A stretch of DNA of 64,000 nt, taken from assembly GCA_024137785.1 (NCBI GenBank), contig JAHRHZ010000271.1:24069131-24133130 (forward strand). The letters run 5' to 3'. The translations under genes and the position numbers were made by a program. Positions 26,105 through 40,354 of the stretch are shown here, piece by piece. Source of the stretch: Ginglymostoma cirratum. Its lineage: Eukaryota. A model generated the notes under the pieces. The model was given only the letters and a program-made list of their open reading frames with translations. It had not been told where the DNA came from and searched no databases. Every line of letters starts with the position of its first letter. Within the stretch, counting starts at the first letter, position 1.

Positions 26105-26439
26105 TCAGGAGAGAAGTATGTCATCCAAAAATTCTGGATACCCTGTCAGAAACAATGGGAACAGATAGCTGTGGCAGGAAAAGATGGGAATTAAGGCCTC
26201 AACAACAATAAGAACTTTGGATGTCCATTTACATTCAAGTCCAGATGCTGCAGTGTGCCTGAATGGGCTTTAGAAGAGCCCACACATTAATACTACTGCA
26301 ACCTTTCATTTAGAAACTTGGATTAACTGCTTGCAACAAACATTGAATTCAATTTTTCTACATTTAAAGACACACAGACCTCTTAGAATGCATCCCTTTT
26401 AACCCAAGAATAAACATGCTCCTCTGGATGGTCCTTTCC

Positions 26440-26810
26440 TCTCAAGGTTTCTCCAATGCATTGCTGAAAGTACTGCACATTTGGAGATACCAGCTTTCAG
26501 ATGCAACATTGAAGCAAGGCCCCATCTGTCTGCTCCGGTGGACATAGGAGAACCCATGGCATCATTTCAAAAAAGAGCATGGGACTTATCCCAGGTGTCC
26601 TGCCCCGTAGCTCGCTCTCAAACAACATCACAAAAACAGATTATCTGGTCAATATGCCATTGCTGTTTCTGACCGCTTGCTATAAACAGTTTGGCCAAAA
26701 TGTTTATTCCATTATAACAAAGGTTACTCTTCAAAATATTTCAGTGGCTGTAAGCCACTTTGATACATCTGGTTGTCATGAAAACTATAATATCGTTGCG
26801 AGTCATACCA
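26440..26810 (+). mobile_element. DeuSINE (SacSINE1/AmnSINE1-like)
   Basis: Recognisable Deu-domain strings aggccccatctg, cccatggca, ggtgtcctg, aacatcacaaaaacagattatctggtca, cttcaaaatatttcagtggctgtaa. Confidence 0.75.
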
Positions 26811-27714
26811 TATTTTTTTACAATCTGCTCGATACGAATGCTTTAAGTGCACATTCCCTTTTTCGACTTTAATGATCTACCTAAAACGGTGCGCTCCAAA
26901 GCGCACACAAAAAGTACGCAACACAAGGTGGACAGCACTTTAGATTAGAAATATGACCCAGAGCAGGAATCCCCTTTTTTCCCCATCGTGACTCAATCGA
27001 TGAGTGTAGGAGCTGATTTTAGACCACAATTCTGTTACATAGGCCTATATTACGATTGTGAACTACACTGATTCATTGGAATGTATGGTAGTGGGTGGTC
27101 TTACAGAGTTTTGGGATCGTATATTCACTGTGGTTATCTGTGCACTATGATTAAAGGCAGTTTCTTGAACAAAGATTGAATGCAGATGACAAATAAGTTG
27201 TTGGCAAACTTGAGAAAGTGACCTACCTTGTTTGAATATTTGTCTTTTAAAGTGCTTATGCTCACTTAACCATTGAGGAATTTGAATTTTGCTTGACTTT
27301 TTCAAATGGTACTATTTGCTTGGATCTTCTAAGTGCACAATATTTCTTCAATATGCATTGTTCAGAAAGCCTCTTCACACTTAGTCATAATGAAATCCAT
27401 TTCTGTATGTCCCTTTACTGCACACCAGATACTGTGAAATCTGGATTAATGGTTCCACTCCCATAACAGAAAAATACAGAATCAGATGCATAGGAACACA
27501 CCACATGCAAGTTCTCCCTTAAGCCACATGCATCCTAACACAGAACTGTATCATCATTCCTTCACCGTTGCTAGACAGAACCAACTTCCTGGCAGCACGG
27601 TGTTGGTCACTTCACCTCAAGGACCAAAGCAATTCAAGACAACAACTCACCGCCAATTTTACCATGGTAACTAATGATGGACAATAAATGCTATTCTAGC
27701 TACTGGCATCATAT

Positions 27715-30700
27715 GACATAGACGCAGAAGTAGGCCATTCAGTTATCTGATCTGGTCTGCCATTCAATGAGATCATGGTGATCTGATAATCATCAGGTCA
27801 ACTCAACTTTCTTGCCCATACCCCACAACACTTGAATTACTTAACAGATTAAAATGTGTGCATCTCAACCTTGAATATAGCTAATGACATTGCCCCTACA
27901 GCTGGCACAGCTCTTCATCTGTCTTAAATGGCTGACCGCTTATTCAGAAGTTGTGTCTGCCAGTCCTAGACTCTTCTAGAAGGGGAACCAATCTCTTACC
28001 CTATTAAGTCACTTCAGAACCCTGTATGTTTCAGTAAGGTCACCTCTCATTCTTCTGAATGCCACGGAGTACAGCCCAACCTATTCACTTCACTCATCCA
28101 AATCATTACTCTATATTGTAAATAATTGTGGCCCTGGCACTGATTACCCCTTTAGTTACAGTCTGCCATTCTGAAAACGCACCATTCACCAACCCCACTG
28201 CCCGCAGCCGCTTATCCCAACCCAATGCCTTCTATCAGTTAGTTAATTCTTTATAGAACACAGAATATAGAACAGTACAGCACAGTACAGGCCCTTTGGC
28301 CCACAATGTTGTGCCGAAATTTTACACTAATCCTAAGGTGCATCTAACCTCCACCGCTACCTTATACTATTATCCATATGCCTATCTAATAGCCGCTTAA
28401 ATGCCCCTAATGAGGCCGACTCCACTACCCTCTCTGGCAATGCATTCCGCGTCCCGACCACTCTCTGAGTAAAGAACCTACCTCTGACGTCTCCCCTATA
28501 TCTATCTCTGCTCACTTTAAAACTATGCCCCTTCGTAATAGCTACCTCCACCCTAGGAAAAAGTCTCTGGCTGTCCACTCTATCTATACCTCTGATCATT
28601 TTATACACCTCTATCAAGTCACCTCTCATCCTTCGTCATTCTAAAGAGAAAAGCCCTAGCGCTCTCAACCTTTTCTTGTAAGACCTTCCCTCCATTCCAA
28701 CATCCTGGTAAATCTCCTCTGCACCTTTTCCAACACTTCCACATCTTTCCTGTAATGAGGTGACCAGAACTGGACACAATACTCCAGATGTGGCCGAACC
28801 AGGCTTTTGTATAGTAGGAGCATAACTTCACGGCTCTTGAACTCAGTCCCTCTATTAATGAAAGCTAACCCACCATACGCCTTCTTAACAACTGGCCACC
28901 TGGGTGGCAGCTTTCAGGGAACTGTGAAAATGAACCCCAAGATCCCTCTGCTCCTCCACACTGCCAAGAATCTTTCCGTTAACCCTGTATTCTGCTTTCA
29001 AGTCTGTCCTTCCAAAATGAATCACCTCACACTTTTCAGGGTTAAACTCCATCTACCACTTCTCAGCCCAGCTCTTCCTATCAATGTCCCTTTGTAACCT
29101 AGACCAGCCCTCTGCACTGTTCACAACTCAACCCACCTTTGTATCGTCCGTGAACTTACTAATCCACCCTTCCACTCCTTCATCCAAATCATTTACAAAA
29201 ATCACAAATAGAAGAGGATCCAGAACAGATCTTTGTGGTACACCACTTGTAACTGAGGACTATGTTGAATATTTTCCGTCCACAACCACCGTTTGTCTTC
29301 TAAGAGTCAGCCAATTCTGAATTTAATCAGCCACATTTCCCCCTATCCCATGCCTCCTTACCTTCTGCATGAGCCTACCATGGGGAACCTTATCAAACGC
29401 CTAACTTAAATCCATGTATACCACATCCACTGCTCTACCTTCATCCACGTGTTTGGTCACCTTTTCCAAGAATTCAATAAGGTTTGTGAGGCATGATCTA
29501 CCCCTCACAAATCCATGCTATCATGAATCAAACTGTGCTTTTCCAAATGATCATAAATCCTATCTCTTAGAGCCCTTTCCAATAATTTGCCCACCACTGA
29601 TGTAAGACTAACTGGCCTGTAATTTCTGGGGTTATCCCTATTCCCTTTTTTGAACAAGGGAATGACGTTTGCCTCTCTCAAATCTTCTGGCACTATACCA
29701 GTGGACAGTGAGGACGAAAAGATCATTGCCAAAGGCCTAGTGATCTCCTCCCTCGCTTCCCATAGAATCCTTGGATAAATCCCATCAAGCCCGGGGGACT
29801 TATCTATGTTCAAGTTCCTCAAAATTCCTAGTACATCTTCCTTACTAACATCAACCTCCTCTAGCCTACCAGCCTGTTTCACACTGTCCCCCTCTACAAC
29901 TAGGTCCCTCTCAGTTGTGAATACCGAAGAAAAGTATTCATTAAGGACCTCTCCTATCTCTTTAGGCTCCATGCACAAATTCCCTTGACAATCTTTGATC
30001 GGCCCTACCCTTTTTCTGGTCATTCTCTTATTACTCACGTACGTGTAACAATCCTTGGGATTTTCCTTGAAAACTTTATCCATGCCAATATACCACTAGT
30101 AATGCCTAATACATGGGTTGTTAACCTAAGCAGCCTAATGTGAGGCACCTTATCAAACACCTTCTGGAAATCTAAACATATTACATCCACTAGTTTCCCT
30201 TTGTCTACTCTGCTTTTTAGCTCTTCAAATGCATGTAAAATTCGTTAGGCATGATTTACTCTTCTTGAAGCCATGCTGACTTTGCTTGATTAGATTAGGT
30301 GTTAATAAATGCCCTGTCATTACATCCTTTATAATAGATTCCAGCAATTTCCTAAAAACTGCATTCAGCTTTTGACTCTTATTTAATGCGTTTGTTTTTG
30401 AAAAAGTGCGGTCCAAAGACAAGCAGTTTTCCAATCCTCCAGGACTTTTCCAGAATCTAAGGGTTCTTGGAATATTATCAGTGCATCCATTATCTCTGTA
30501 GCTACTTCCCTTAATATCTTAGGGTGCATTGCATCACTTTCAGGGGACCTCTTGGCCTTAAGTCCCATTAGTTTTCCTATTCATTTTTCTGTACTGATAG
30601 TTACTGTATTTATTTCCTTTGCCCCTCAATATTTTTAGTAAATTTGGAATGCTATTAGTGTCTTCAACCGTGAACACTGATGCAAAAGTACTTGAACCCT

Positions 30701-31230
30701 CTGCCATTTCCTGGCTCGCACTAATTTCCAGGCTTCGTATGTCAACAAGTATATGTTCACTTTGTCTTCTCTTCGCCTTTTTATATGTTTGAAGAAGCTC
30801 TTATTATTCAGCATGAGATTATTTTCAAATTTGCCCTCAGTTTTTCTTCTTTTTTTTGAGGGGGGGGTTGTAGGGTCATCTTTTGTTGGCTTTTGAAACC
30901 TTCACAATCATCAGGCTTATCACTAATCTTTGTCACATTGTATGGTTTTCTTTCAATTTTAGCAATCCTTAACTTCCTGGATAATCATGGTTGGCTTATT
31001 TCCTTCCTGGAATTCTTTTCTTACCAGAATACATCTTTGTGTGAGTCACAAATTTTTTTGAAATCATCTGTCATTGTTCCTCAACTATCTTTGCTGCTAA
31101 ACTCCTTTCCCAATCCTCTCCAGTTAACTGTGCCTACATTCCTTTGCAATTGCCTTTACTTAAGTTTTGCACGGTTGTTTCTGACCCAGGTTTCTCATTC
31201 TCTATCTGATGCTCATGTTATGGCCACTGT
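27715..31230 (-). mobile_element. Older CR1 LINE (27715-28250 and 30085-31230) with a younger CR1 nested inside
   Basis: Minus ORFs SPESDAMHPKILREVATEI and KLLESIIKD...QSQHGFKKSKSCLTN; 3' tail near 27715. Confidence 0.8.
28254..30085 (-). mobile_element. Young 5'-truncated CR1 LINE
   Basis: ORF 29505-30083 (KSPGLDGIYPRILWEAREEI...PLFKKGNRDNPRNYRPVSLTSVVGKLLE); ORF 28357-28629 C-terminus; tail tagaacacagaatatagaacagtacagcac. Confidence 0.93.
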
Positions 31231-31319
31231 TTTAGACCATAAAATATAGGAGCAGAATAAGGCAATTTGGCCCAGTGAATCTGCTCCATAATTCAGTCAG
31301 AGCTGATATGTTTCATTTT

Positions 31320-32465
31320 TATGTTAGAATTCTTTGAGGAGTTAACAAGTTAGATGGACAAAGAAGAGCCACTTAACATGATCTATTTGTATTTCTAGAA
31401 GGCTTCTGACAAGGCACCGTCCAGGAGGCTGCTAAATAAAATAACAGCCCAAGGTTTTAGGGGCAAGGTACTAACATGGATAGAGGATGGGCTGGCTGGC
31501 AGATGGCAGAGAGTGGAGATAAAGGGGTCTTTTTCAGGGTAGCAACTGATGACTAGTGGAATTCTGCAGAGGTCTGTGTTGGGACCACAACTATTGAAGT
31601 TATACATTAATGATCTGGACATTTATGAAGGAACTGAGGGCATTGCTGCTAAATTTGCAATTGATACAAAAATATGTGGAGGGGCAACTCGTGTTGAGGA
31701 AATGGGGAGGCTAGTGAAGGATGTGGACAGAAGACTGGGCAAAGAAGTGGCAGATGGAATACAATGTGGCAAAGTGTGATGTTATGCACCTTGGCAGGAA
31801 GAGGGCATAGGCTATTTTTTAGACGGGGAAAAGCTTCAGAATCTGTTGCATAAAGAAACTTAGGAGTCCTAGTTCAGGATTCTCTTCAGGTTAACATGCA
31901 GGTTCAGTTGGCAGTTGGGAAAGCAAATGCATTGTTAGCATTCATTTCAAGAATGCTAGAATACTAGACAGATGTACCACAGAGGCTGTATATGAATCTA
32001 GTCAGACCACATTTTGAATATTGTGCGCAGTTTTGGGCTCTATATTTAAGGATGGATGTGCTGGCTTTGAAGGGGTTCCAGAGGATGTTTACAACAATGA
32101 TCCGAGGGACGAAGGCTATTTATATGAGGAACAGTTGAGGACTTTGGGTATGTACTCAGAGTTTAAAAGGATGAAGGGGCACCAGACTGAAACATACTGA
32201 ATATTGAAAGGCCTGGATACAGTAGATGTGGAGATGAGGTTTCCACGGGTAGGAGAGACTAGGATCCAGGGACATGGCCTCAGAGTGAAGGGATGACCCT
32301 TTAGAACCGCAATGAGGAAGAATTTCTTCAGCCAGAGGGTGGTTATTCTATGGAACTCATTAGCACAAAGACTGTGGATGCCAGGTCACCGAAAGCATTC
32401 AGGAAAGAGCTAGATAGGCTTTTGATTGGGAAGAGGATCAAAGATTATGGGGAAAACTTGTTGAG
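31320..32465 (+). mobile_element. 5'-truncated CR1 LINE
   Basis: RT motifs SGILQRSVLGPQLLKLYINDLD and KFAIDTKI (degenerate FADD); CR1 C-terminal region follows. Confidence 0.88.
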
Positions 32466-32469
32466 GGTG

Positions 32470-34175
32470 GGGACCAGTGCCGCCAAGTTTTCCTTTGGTT
32501 CGTTGTAAGTGGGAGGAATCAAAGGGGTGGCTACGGGCACCTATACGGGCCCGAGCTATGCCTGCCTCTTTGTAGGATTTGTGAAACTATCCCTCTTAAA
32601 CAACTACACCTGCACTATCCCCCACCTCCTCCTCCATTATATTGATGACTATTGGTGCTGCTTCATGCTCTGTGAGGAGGTTGAACAGTTCATCAACTTT
32701 GCCAACACCTTCTACCCCATCCTCAAATTCATCTGGGCCATTTCTGACACCTCCCTCCCCTTTCTGGACCTCTCTGTCTTCATCTCCGATGACCAACTCA
32801 TGACTGACATCTGTTTCAAACTCACGGGCTCCCACAATTACCTCGGCTACCCTCCTCTCACTCACCCTCCTCCAAAAATTCATGCTCAATTTCTCCGCCT
32901 CCACCGCATCTGCTCCCGGATGAGGCGTTCTACTTTGGGACTTCCCAAATATTCTTCTACTTCAGAGGCCATAGTATCCCTTCCTGTTATTAAGGATGCC
33001 CCCAAGCGCATCCTCCCCTTTTCCCGTGCTTCTGCCCTCAAACCCTTCCCCCCGCAACAACAATTAGGAGACAGTCCCCTTGGTCCTCACATATCACCCC
33101 ACCAACCTCCAAAGGCATCATCCTCTGACATTTGTGCCACCTACAATCAGACCCCACCACCAAAAAGATATTTCCCTCCCCACCCCAGTCCGCTTTCCAC
33201 AGGGACGATTCAGTCCCCAACTCCCCCATCAGCGCCACACTCCCCACCAACCCTTCCACAACACTCGGTACCTTTCTCTGCAACCGCAGGAGGTGCTACA
33301 CCTGCCCCTATACCTCCCCTCTCACCTCCATCCGAGGCCCTAAACAATCCTTCCAAATCCAGCAGAGAGTCACCTGCACTTCATCTAACCTCATCTACTG
33401 TATTCTTTGCTCCCTATGTGGTCTCCTCTATATCGGAGAGACCAAATGCAGACTTGGGGACTGTGTGTAGAGCATCTGCGCTCTGCATGCGCCAACCAAC
33501 CTGACCTTCTGGTTGCTGTCCACTTTAACTCCCCTCCTACTCCACTAGTGATGCCTATTCCTTGGGCTTCCTCCACTGTCAGAGTGAGGCCAAATATAAA
33601 CTGGAAGAATAACACCTCATATTTTGCCTGGGGAGCTTAAAGCCCAATGGCCTGATTATTGACTTCACCAGCTTCAAATCTCTCCTTCCCCCAACCTGTC
33701 CATCTTCTGACGCACCTATCCACTCCACCCTTCTCAAATGACCAACCACAATAACCCCCTAGGTAGACAAACAGGAGGCTTGAAGAATACAGCAGGCCAG
33801 GCAGCATATGGAGGAAAGGAGAAGTCAATGTTTCAGGTATTACCCTTCTACAGGATAATAACCCCCTACCTGCATCACCAGCTTCAAAATCTCTCCATCC
33901 CCAACCTGTCCATCTTCCTACTCACCTATCCGCTCCATCCTTCCGACTGACCAATCACAATAACCACCTACCTGCATCCACCTATCTCCATCTCACCTAC
34001 CCCCCCCCCCCACCCCTAGCCCCAGCCCCAGCCCCTATTTATTTCTGGGCTCCCTTCCCCATCCCTGAAACATTGACTTTCCTGCTCCTTGGATGCTCTC
34101 TGACCGGCTGTGCTTTTCCAGGTCCATGTTTATTGACTCTAGATTCCAGCATCTGCAGTCCTTACTGTCTCCAAG
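32470..34175 (+). mobile_element. Penelope-like retroelement, 5'-truncated and frameshifted (RT plus GIY-YIG)
   Basis: RT motifs KGVATGTYTGPSYACLFVG, HYIDD, LPFLDL; Cys linker CNRRRCYTC; GIY-YIG NLIYCILCSLCGLLYIGETKCRLGD; 3' terminal repeat; about 100-bp internal duplication (33665-33760 / 33876-33975) and an inverted insert at 33762-33856 flanked by aataacccccta. Confidence 0.92.
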
Positions 34176-34329
34176 TTCAGAAACGTTTCGAATGGCACAT
34201 TCTCAGATTGAACATAGTTTGATGTTGTTCTGCTCACCTGTGCAGACCATTGATGTCTTCCTGCAATATACAGTTTTCTTCCTCATTAACAGACAATTTA
34301 TTTGCCTATAATCTGCAAATCACACCTTT

Positions 34330-35280
34330 TACATTTAAAGCCAAATTGTTAAAATATACCATGAAGGACCAGTTCTGAGCATTGTGGAATCTTAGGGGAA
34401 ACAGCCTCCCAACCATAACATCCAAATGTAACCTGTCACTTCCTGACAATGAAGAATTCTGGATCAAACTTCTCCATTAGAAAATTTAAAGCTGAGGTTA
34501 ACCAGTCTGGCACGTGAAACTTTGTCAAAAGATTTTTTTAATAAGTATGTAAATTACATCAAATATGCCTTCTTCATCAATCCCTCTGTACCTTGTCAAA
34601 ACATTCAATCAAGTTGGTCAGACAAATCCATGCCATCTGTCTTTTATTAACCCATGCCTCTCTAAATGATTACTTATGTCGTCTGAGAATTTCTTCTAAT
34701 AATTTGCCCAATATGTTAGGCTGATTAGCCTGCATTCACTGAGGCTATTCTTTCCAACATTTTACAATGTTAGCAATTTTCCAGTATCTGCCTGTAGCCA
34801 GAGAGGATTGAAAAACAATGACCAAAGCTCCCATCATGTCTTTCATTATTTCCTGAGCAGTTTGGGATTAATTTCAACTCAGCCTCAATTTTATCTATTT
34901 GGAAAGATAATACTTATTTGTATTTGTTATCATATCCAACATTTCACACTCCTCAATTGCTCCTTTGACCCTCTCCTCTGTGAGGACAGACAGAAACCAG
35001 GCCCACGTTTCTGCCTCCATACACTACCTTTTTAGTCCCCAGTTGGTCATACATTTTCCTCAGTCATCCTCTTCATATTTTACTAAAATATCTTTGGGTC
35101 CTACTTGCCAATTGTTTTTCATGCCTTCTCTTTGCATCTCCATGTCTTAAAAAAAAAACAAATTTACCTCTCTTCTTTTCACACTCATCTATACTTTCTG
35201 CAGTGATGTGATTTCAACATCTGATATCATTTTTCTTTGTGTAAGACTACTCTATGTTCTTTGACTTCCAGGTGTTCTAG
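34330..35280 (-). mobile_element. Highly decayed CR1-like remnant
   Basis: Traces such as acaaatccatgc, aataatttgccca, gttaggctgattagcctg resembling minus-strand CR1 RT copies in this window. Confidence 0.5.
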
Positions 35281-38200
35281 ATTACTGAGCCCCACGTTTT
35301 TTTTACTTTGGAACATTTTGAAATAAATCTTTTAAACATATCTTGTTAAATCTTGACTTCAATATTTTAATGAGTCAAAGACATTTCAGACTTTTTTTTC
35401 ATTGTTAGCGACACTTCAAAAGTCTTGAAATAATCTAATTTTCAACCTAGATCTTACACTTCATTTAAAAAAAATGTTCTAAATATCTTTAGCAATAAAT
35501 CTGGTAACTTCTGTTTCTACCAAGTCTTCACAATTAATTAATAATCTGACACTATACTTATATTTTACTTACTGTTCACCTATTCCATGACCTGCATCCA
35601 AACAGTAAGCTCCACTTACTGCCCAGACATACCTTACCATATTTGGAAATCAGCTGGGTAACCAGTGTATCCAAGACGAAGCAGCTCTATACCTAGAAAG
35701 GGCACAAATGAACTATATCCTAACCTTTCACATTTCAATGAAACAGCATTTGAGAATTTTAGAATACAAAGTGAGCCTTTCTGAAACAAAGGTCATATGC
35801 TTTTTAAGCCGTCAGATAAACTGCAGTGACATGCTGTACATGGAAAGAAATCAAAATGTACATTGTGTACAACGCAGGGTATTAACATTTTATGAATATT
35901 TTTAGAAACAGATAAACATGTTCTATTTTCTTTTCTAATTGGGCTGGTGCAAGTATACTGACGTTATAATAAGTATGCTAAGTTACACAGTTTCTGCTTT
36001 ATCTGCACTAAGTTAGTTTCGGTTATATATAAAAAAATGAAATTAGACATTTAAACATCGGATATTCAAGTTATGCTTTTTGCAGAACTAAATGTTCCAA
36101 ACCAGTGTACATATTCAGCTGGTGCCGACATTCATATGAATATTTAACTATTTGTAGCATGTATAAAAGAAAATTTTATTACTCAGCTAAGATGCAACCA
36201 AGTTTGAAAGTAAATTGAATTCTAACTGGATAATCCAATTGCTAAAGCCAATAGCACAAAAATTTGCAGGCTCATAATTCAACAACTTTGATGAGATAAG
36301 TTAGGTAGAACAAAGATAGTGGCAGAAGGGTCACTTAAATTTGAACTACAACAATGCTGCTACTCTCTCTAAAAACATGACCTGCATATCAGCTAGTCAA
36401 ATACAAAACTGCTTTATGCTCCTAAGCAGCAATGTAGAAAATGGCACCTAGGCAATAATAGAAATAGAAATAACACAGTTCATATATTTTGGAGTCAGAT
36501 CTGAAACACCAACAGTTCAAGTTGGTTACCAACGGCAGAACAGAAATTGCATTCTGCTACTGAAAATGTTTAAAAGGTTCTAGTCTCAATTTGAATACTG
36601 AGCTCAGTCTGTTACACTCCTGAGCCTGGCCTCGACAAATCATGCTTATAAGGCATCACCTCTCCATTTGCTTCACGGCATCTACATCATGGCAAGATAG
36701 CACCAGATAAGAGACAGTAAAAGCATAGGTCAGACTAAAGGTAAAGTAGACAAATAGATTTAGGAGAAGATATGGCTGGGGCACGTATCAAGAAATTCAG
36801 ATTCTCATCCTGCCAAAGCAGTTGTCCATAAAACAGTGAAAGGAATGCAGCGTACAGGAAGTATCTCAAAAGTCAGTGTCAAGAAGCTCTTGGAAAAGTG
36901 GACATAAACAAATGGATAGACATATTAAGCTGTACAGAAAAGTTCAAATCAACGAAGCATATATTGTGTGGTAAAGCCTCCATCTTGCTATATATGCCAA
37001 TAACATATCTTTGCTTTAATGACAGGCATCTCTTTCTGCTCTTCCTGTGCTTTCAAGATCAACAGAAATGTGCAATAATAATGTTTAATCGCTCAAGGAA
37101 CACTGAAGAAAGTTTTTTTTCTTGCTAATCTTGACACCAAGATACACAAGCAAATATTAAGCATAGGCATCCAAACGTTTGGTCAAAAAGGACAGAGATC
37201 AAAAAGATAAATGGTTTAGTGTGGGAATTGCAGCACTTAGGCCCAAGACTGTGAAAGACACTAATGAAGGAGAGAAAAAAACTGAGTTGCACAAGAGGGC
37301 AGAATTGGAGTAACACAACACTTTCGTAGAACTTTAGGACATGACTGGGGTTGGATAAAACAAGATAATGGAGACATTCGAACGCAAAAAATGAAAATTC
37401 CATATTTTGGTATCACCAAGTTAAGAGACAATGTAGATCAGCAAACACAGGGGTGATCAGTTACAGGGCCTTAGAGTAATAAATTCAGAATCTTCCAAAA
37501 CCACACAGAAGACAAGGGTACAGATTCACATGCTATTAATTTTAATTGCTTACAAATATATTCCTGAATTATTAGCTTCTATTTGCAAATAACTACTTCT
37601 AAGAGGAAAAGAGAGGGATACAAACATGGTTTTAGAAATTTTTTTGGTCATAAACTTTAATTAGCTGGAAGTCTGAAAGGACTCCCAATTCTTTAAAACA
37701 AAGCACATGAACTTTGGCTAAGATTCAACAAAAAATTCAAATCGATTCAACTGGATACAGTGTTTATAGATCAATTTTTAAAATATTCATTCACAAGATG
37801 AGGGCGGCACTGGCTGGGCCAGCATTTATTGCCCATTCCTAAACTAGTGTCTTGCCTAATGAGTTATGTGTTGATTAATAATACGTCTAAATGTACCAAG
37901 AAAATTTCCAGTTGACCCCTGACTTCAGATAGACTAGCAGAAAGTATATTTGTACTCGCCCGATTGTTGCTCAGGTGAGGAGAAAACCAGCTACAACTTT
38001 TGCTATGCTGCAACAGCAGCTGTATAAGCATGTGACAGAGAACAGATGTGACTCTGAATTGTGATGCTTCCTGCCAACTCAATGTTAAAGCCCATATATG
38101 AAACAAACAGTTGAGCAGACTGTAGAAGGGCATTTCTACTTGTTTGATATATAGCAGCTGGTGGTTAACGTTTTTTAAGGTTGAAAAGCAGGAAGAAAAC

Positions 38201-39765
38201 CGGTGATGTAAATAAAGACATTTCTAACAATATACATTTCACATTAAATTGAATCAGCACAGCTGCATATAAATTTTGCTTAAAAGCTACAGAAACATGC
38301 AGAATGAGTACAACTGCCACAATTTCCCAAATAGTTTGCAGCTCTTTCAACTACATATTCTTGAATGTGACAGTAGTCTTGGTTTAAAATCAGAAATTTT
38401 TATTTAGCAAAAAGCAAGAGCTAGCTTTGTGCTCAGTTCATTTCAAACAGCCTAAAAACACAATAACAAAGTCAATTCAAGGGATGCAATAATTTTGGAT
38501 CGAAACCCTATGCTACAAACCCATTGAGGGCACTCATAATGCAATTAAAAATGAATAATACATTATATAAATAACTGTAATCTATTCTATTTTACATTAA
38601 ATGCAGAACTCATTAGAAAACTGTAAAGTAGACATAGATAAAAACAACCTTAGAATGGTTCACAAACAACATTTGACTTTCAGCAAAAACAAAGACAGAT
38701 GGAAATCAAGAGGTATAACATTTAACATGAGCGAAGCTTAACATTTGAATAATCAGAAGCGTTAATAAATTGGTGTTTCTGTATAATTTTGTGAAGAGAC
38801 TTGGCTACATTATACAGACATTGTCCGATTAAAGACACAGAGTTTTGCTGAATACTTTATGTCTTGACTTACTGTCATTTGATCAGGTAACACTGAAGCA
38901 GATTATGGTGATTGGTGACAGAAGCTGGCAGATGTGGAAAACCACTGGGTGGCAGAACAATCAATGACACCAGACACATTACTTTCTCACTTCTCAGAAC
39001 TCTTAAAATACCTGGACTAAAACAAGTCTAACCAACATTATTGTGAAGCTCAGTAATAACTTGTTTGTGACCCTGAATTCCTGTTTAATGGTCATGATTT
39101 TATTCTTGTAGACTTGTAAAAGAAAAAGATCACCCATGCTTGACTAACCTTTGAAGTTTTTCAATGAAAATCTCAATTTGTGTCGATTTTGCAGCCACTT
39201 CCTCTATGCTTATTCCACGAGTATTTAAATAATCAACACAACACATTGAATGTGCTGCAAGATTCAGGGTTAGGAATTGTTATTACTGCCTCCAGTTTTA
39301 AGATGATTCCAGCAGATTACTGCTGTCCAACAATGAAAAGGAGAAATCTAGTTGTTTAAACTTAAAACAACAAGCGATTGAATGGGTGATGTTATTTAGG
39401 TTAGAACAGAAGCAGAGGGATATAAAGAAAACCTTTAAGATCAGAGAAAGGAGGGAAATAGTACACTAAAGTAAATAAAGATAAGACTGCTCAACTTGTA
39501 AACTTACATTATATTTTGCTTTAATAAGGATGTTGAAGTAATAAATTATTTGATATGTTAAAATAGCTTTATTATGCAAGGGGTTTCCTTACACTCCCCA
39601 CCCTGGGACAAGTGGCAATACTCGAGCAGCAAACATTAAAGAACCTGTTCACAGATAACAATATTTACTTGCAATGCAACGATTCAAAAAAATAGCATCA
39701 AAACGCTGTCATTAAAAACTAAAAACCTAAACACAAGTCAAAACAAAAGCCTCTTTCAAGTCTAT

Positions 39766-40354
39766 GAGAGATAATAGGAACTGCAGATGCTGGCGAATAC
39801 AAGAGAACAAGGTGTAGAGCTGGATGAACACAGCAGGCCAAGCAGCATCATAGGAGCAGGAAGGCTGACGTTTTGGGCCTAGACACTTCATCAGAAATGG
39901 GGGAGGGGAAGGNNNNNNNNNNNNNNNNNNNNNNNNNNNNNNNNNNNNNNNNNNNNNNNNNNNNNNNNNNNNNNNNNNNNNNNNNNNNNNNNNNNNNNNN
40001 NNNNNNNNNNNNNNNNNNNNNNNNNNNNNNNNNNNNNNNNNNNNNNNNNNNNNNNNNNNNNNNNNNNNNNNNNNNNNNNNNNNNNNNNNNNNNNNNNNNN
40101 NNNNNNNNNNNNNNNNNNNNNNNNNNNNNNNNNNNNNNNNNNNNNNNNNNNNNNNNNNNNNNNNNNNNNNNNNNNNNNNNNNNNNNNNNNNNNNNNNNNN
40201 NNNNNNNNNNNNNNNNNNNNNNNNNNNNNNNNNNNNNNNNNNNNNNNNNNNNNNNNNNNNNNNNNNNNNNNNNNNNNNNNNNNNNNNNNNNNNNNNNNNN
40301 NNNNNNNNNNNNTGCTTGGCCTGCTGTGTTCATCCAGCTCTACATCTTGTTATC
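39766..40354. mobile_element. Penelope-derived inverted-repeat element spanning the assembly gap, with 14-bp TSD
   Basis: Arms tgtagagctggatgaacacagcaggccaagca / tgcttggcctgctgtgttcatccagctctaca; cctctttcaagtct at 39750-39763 and 40355-40368. Confidence 0.85.
39913..40312. other. Assembly gap (400 N)
   Basis: Run of N. Confidence 1.

Noticed and set aside
32509-33504. 331-aa ORF as a host gene
   Set aside because: Frameshifted Penelope RT; the Pro/Ser-rich tail is off-frame retroelement sequence.
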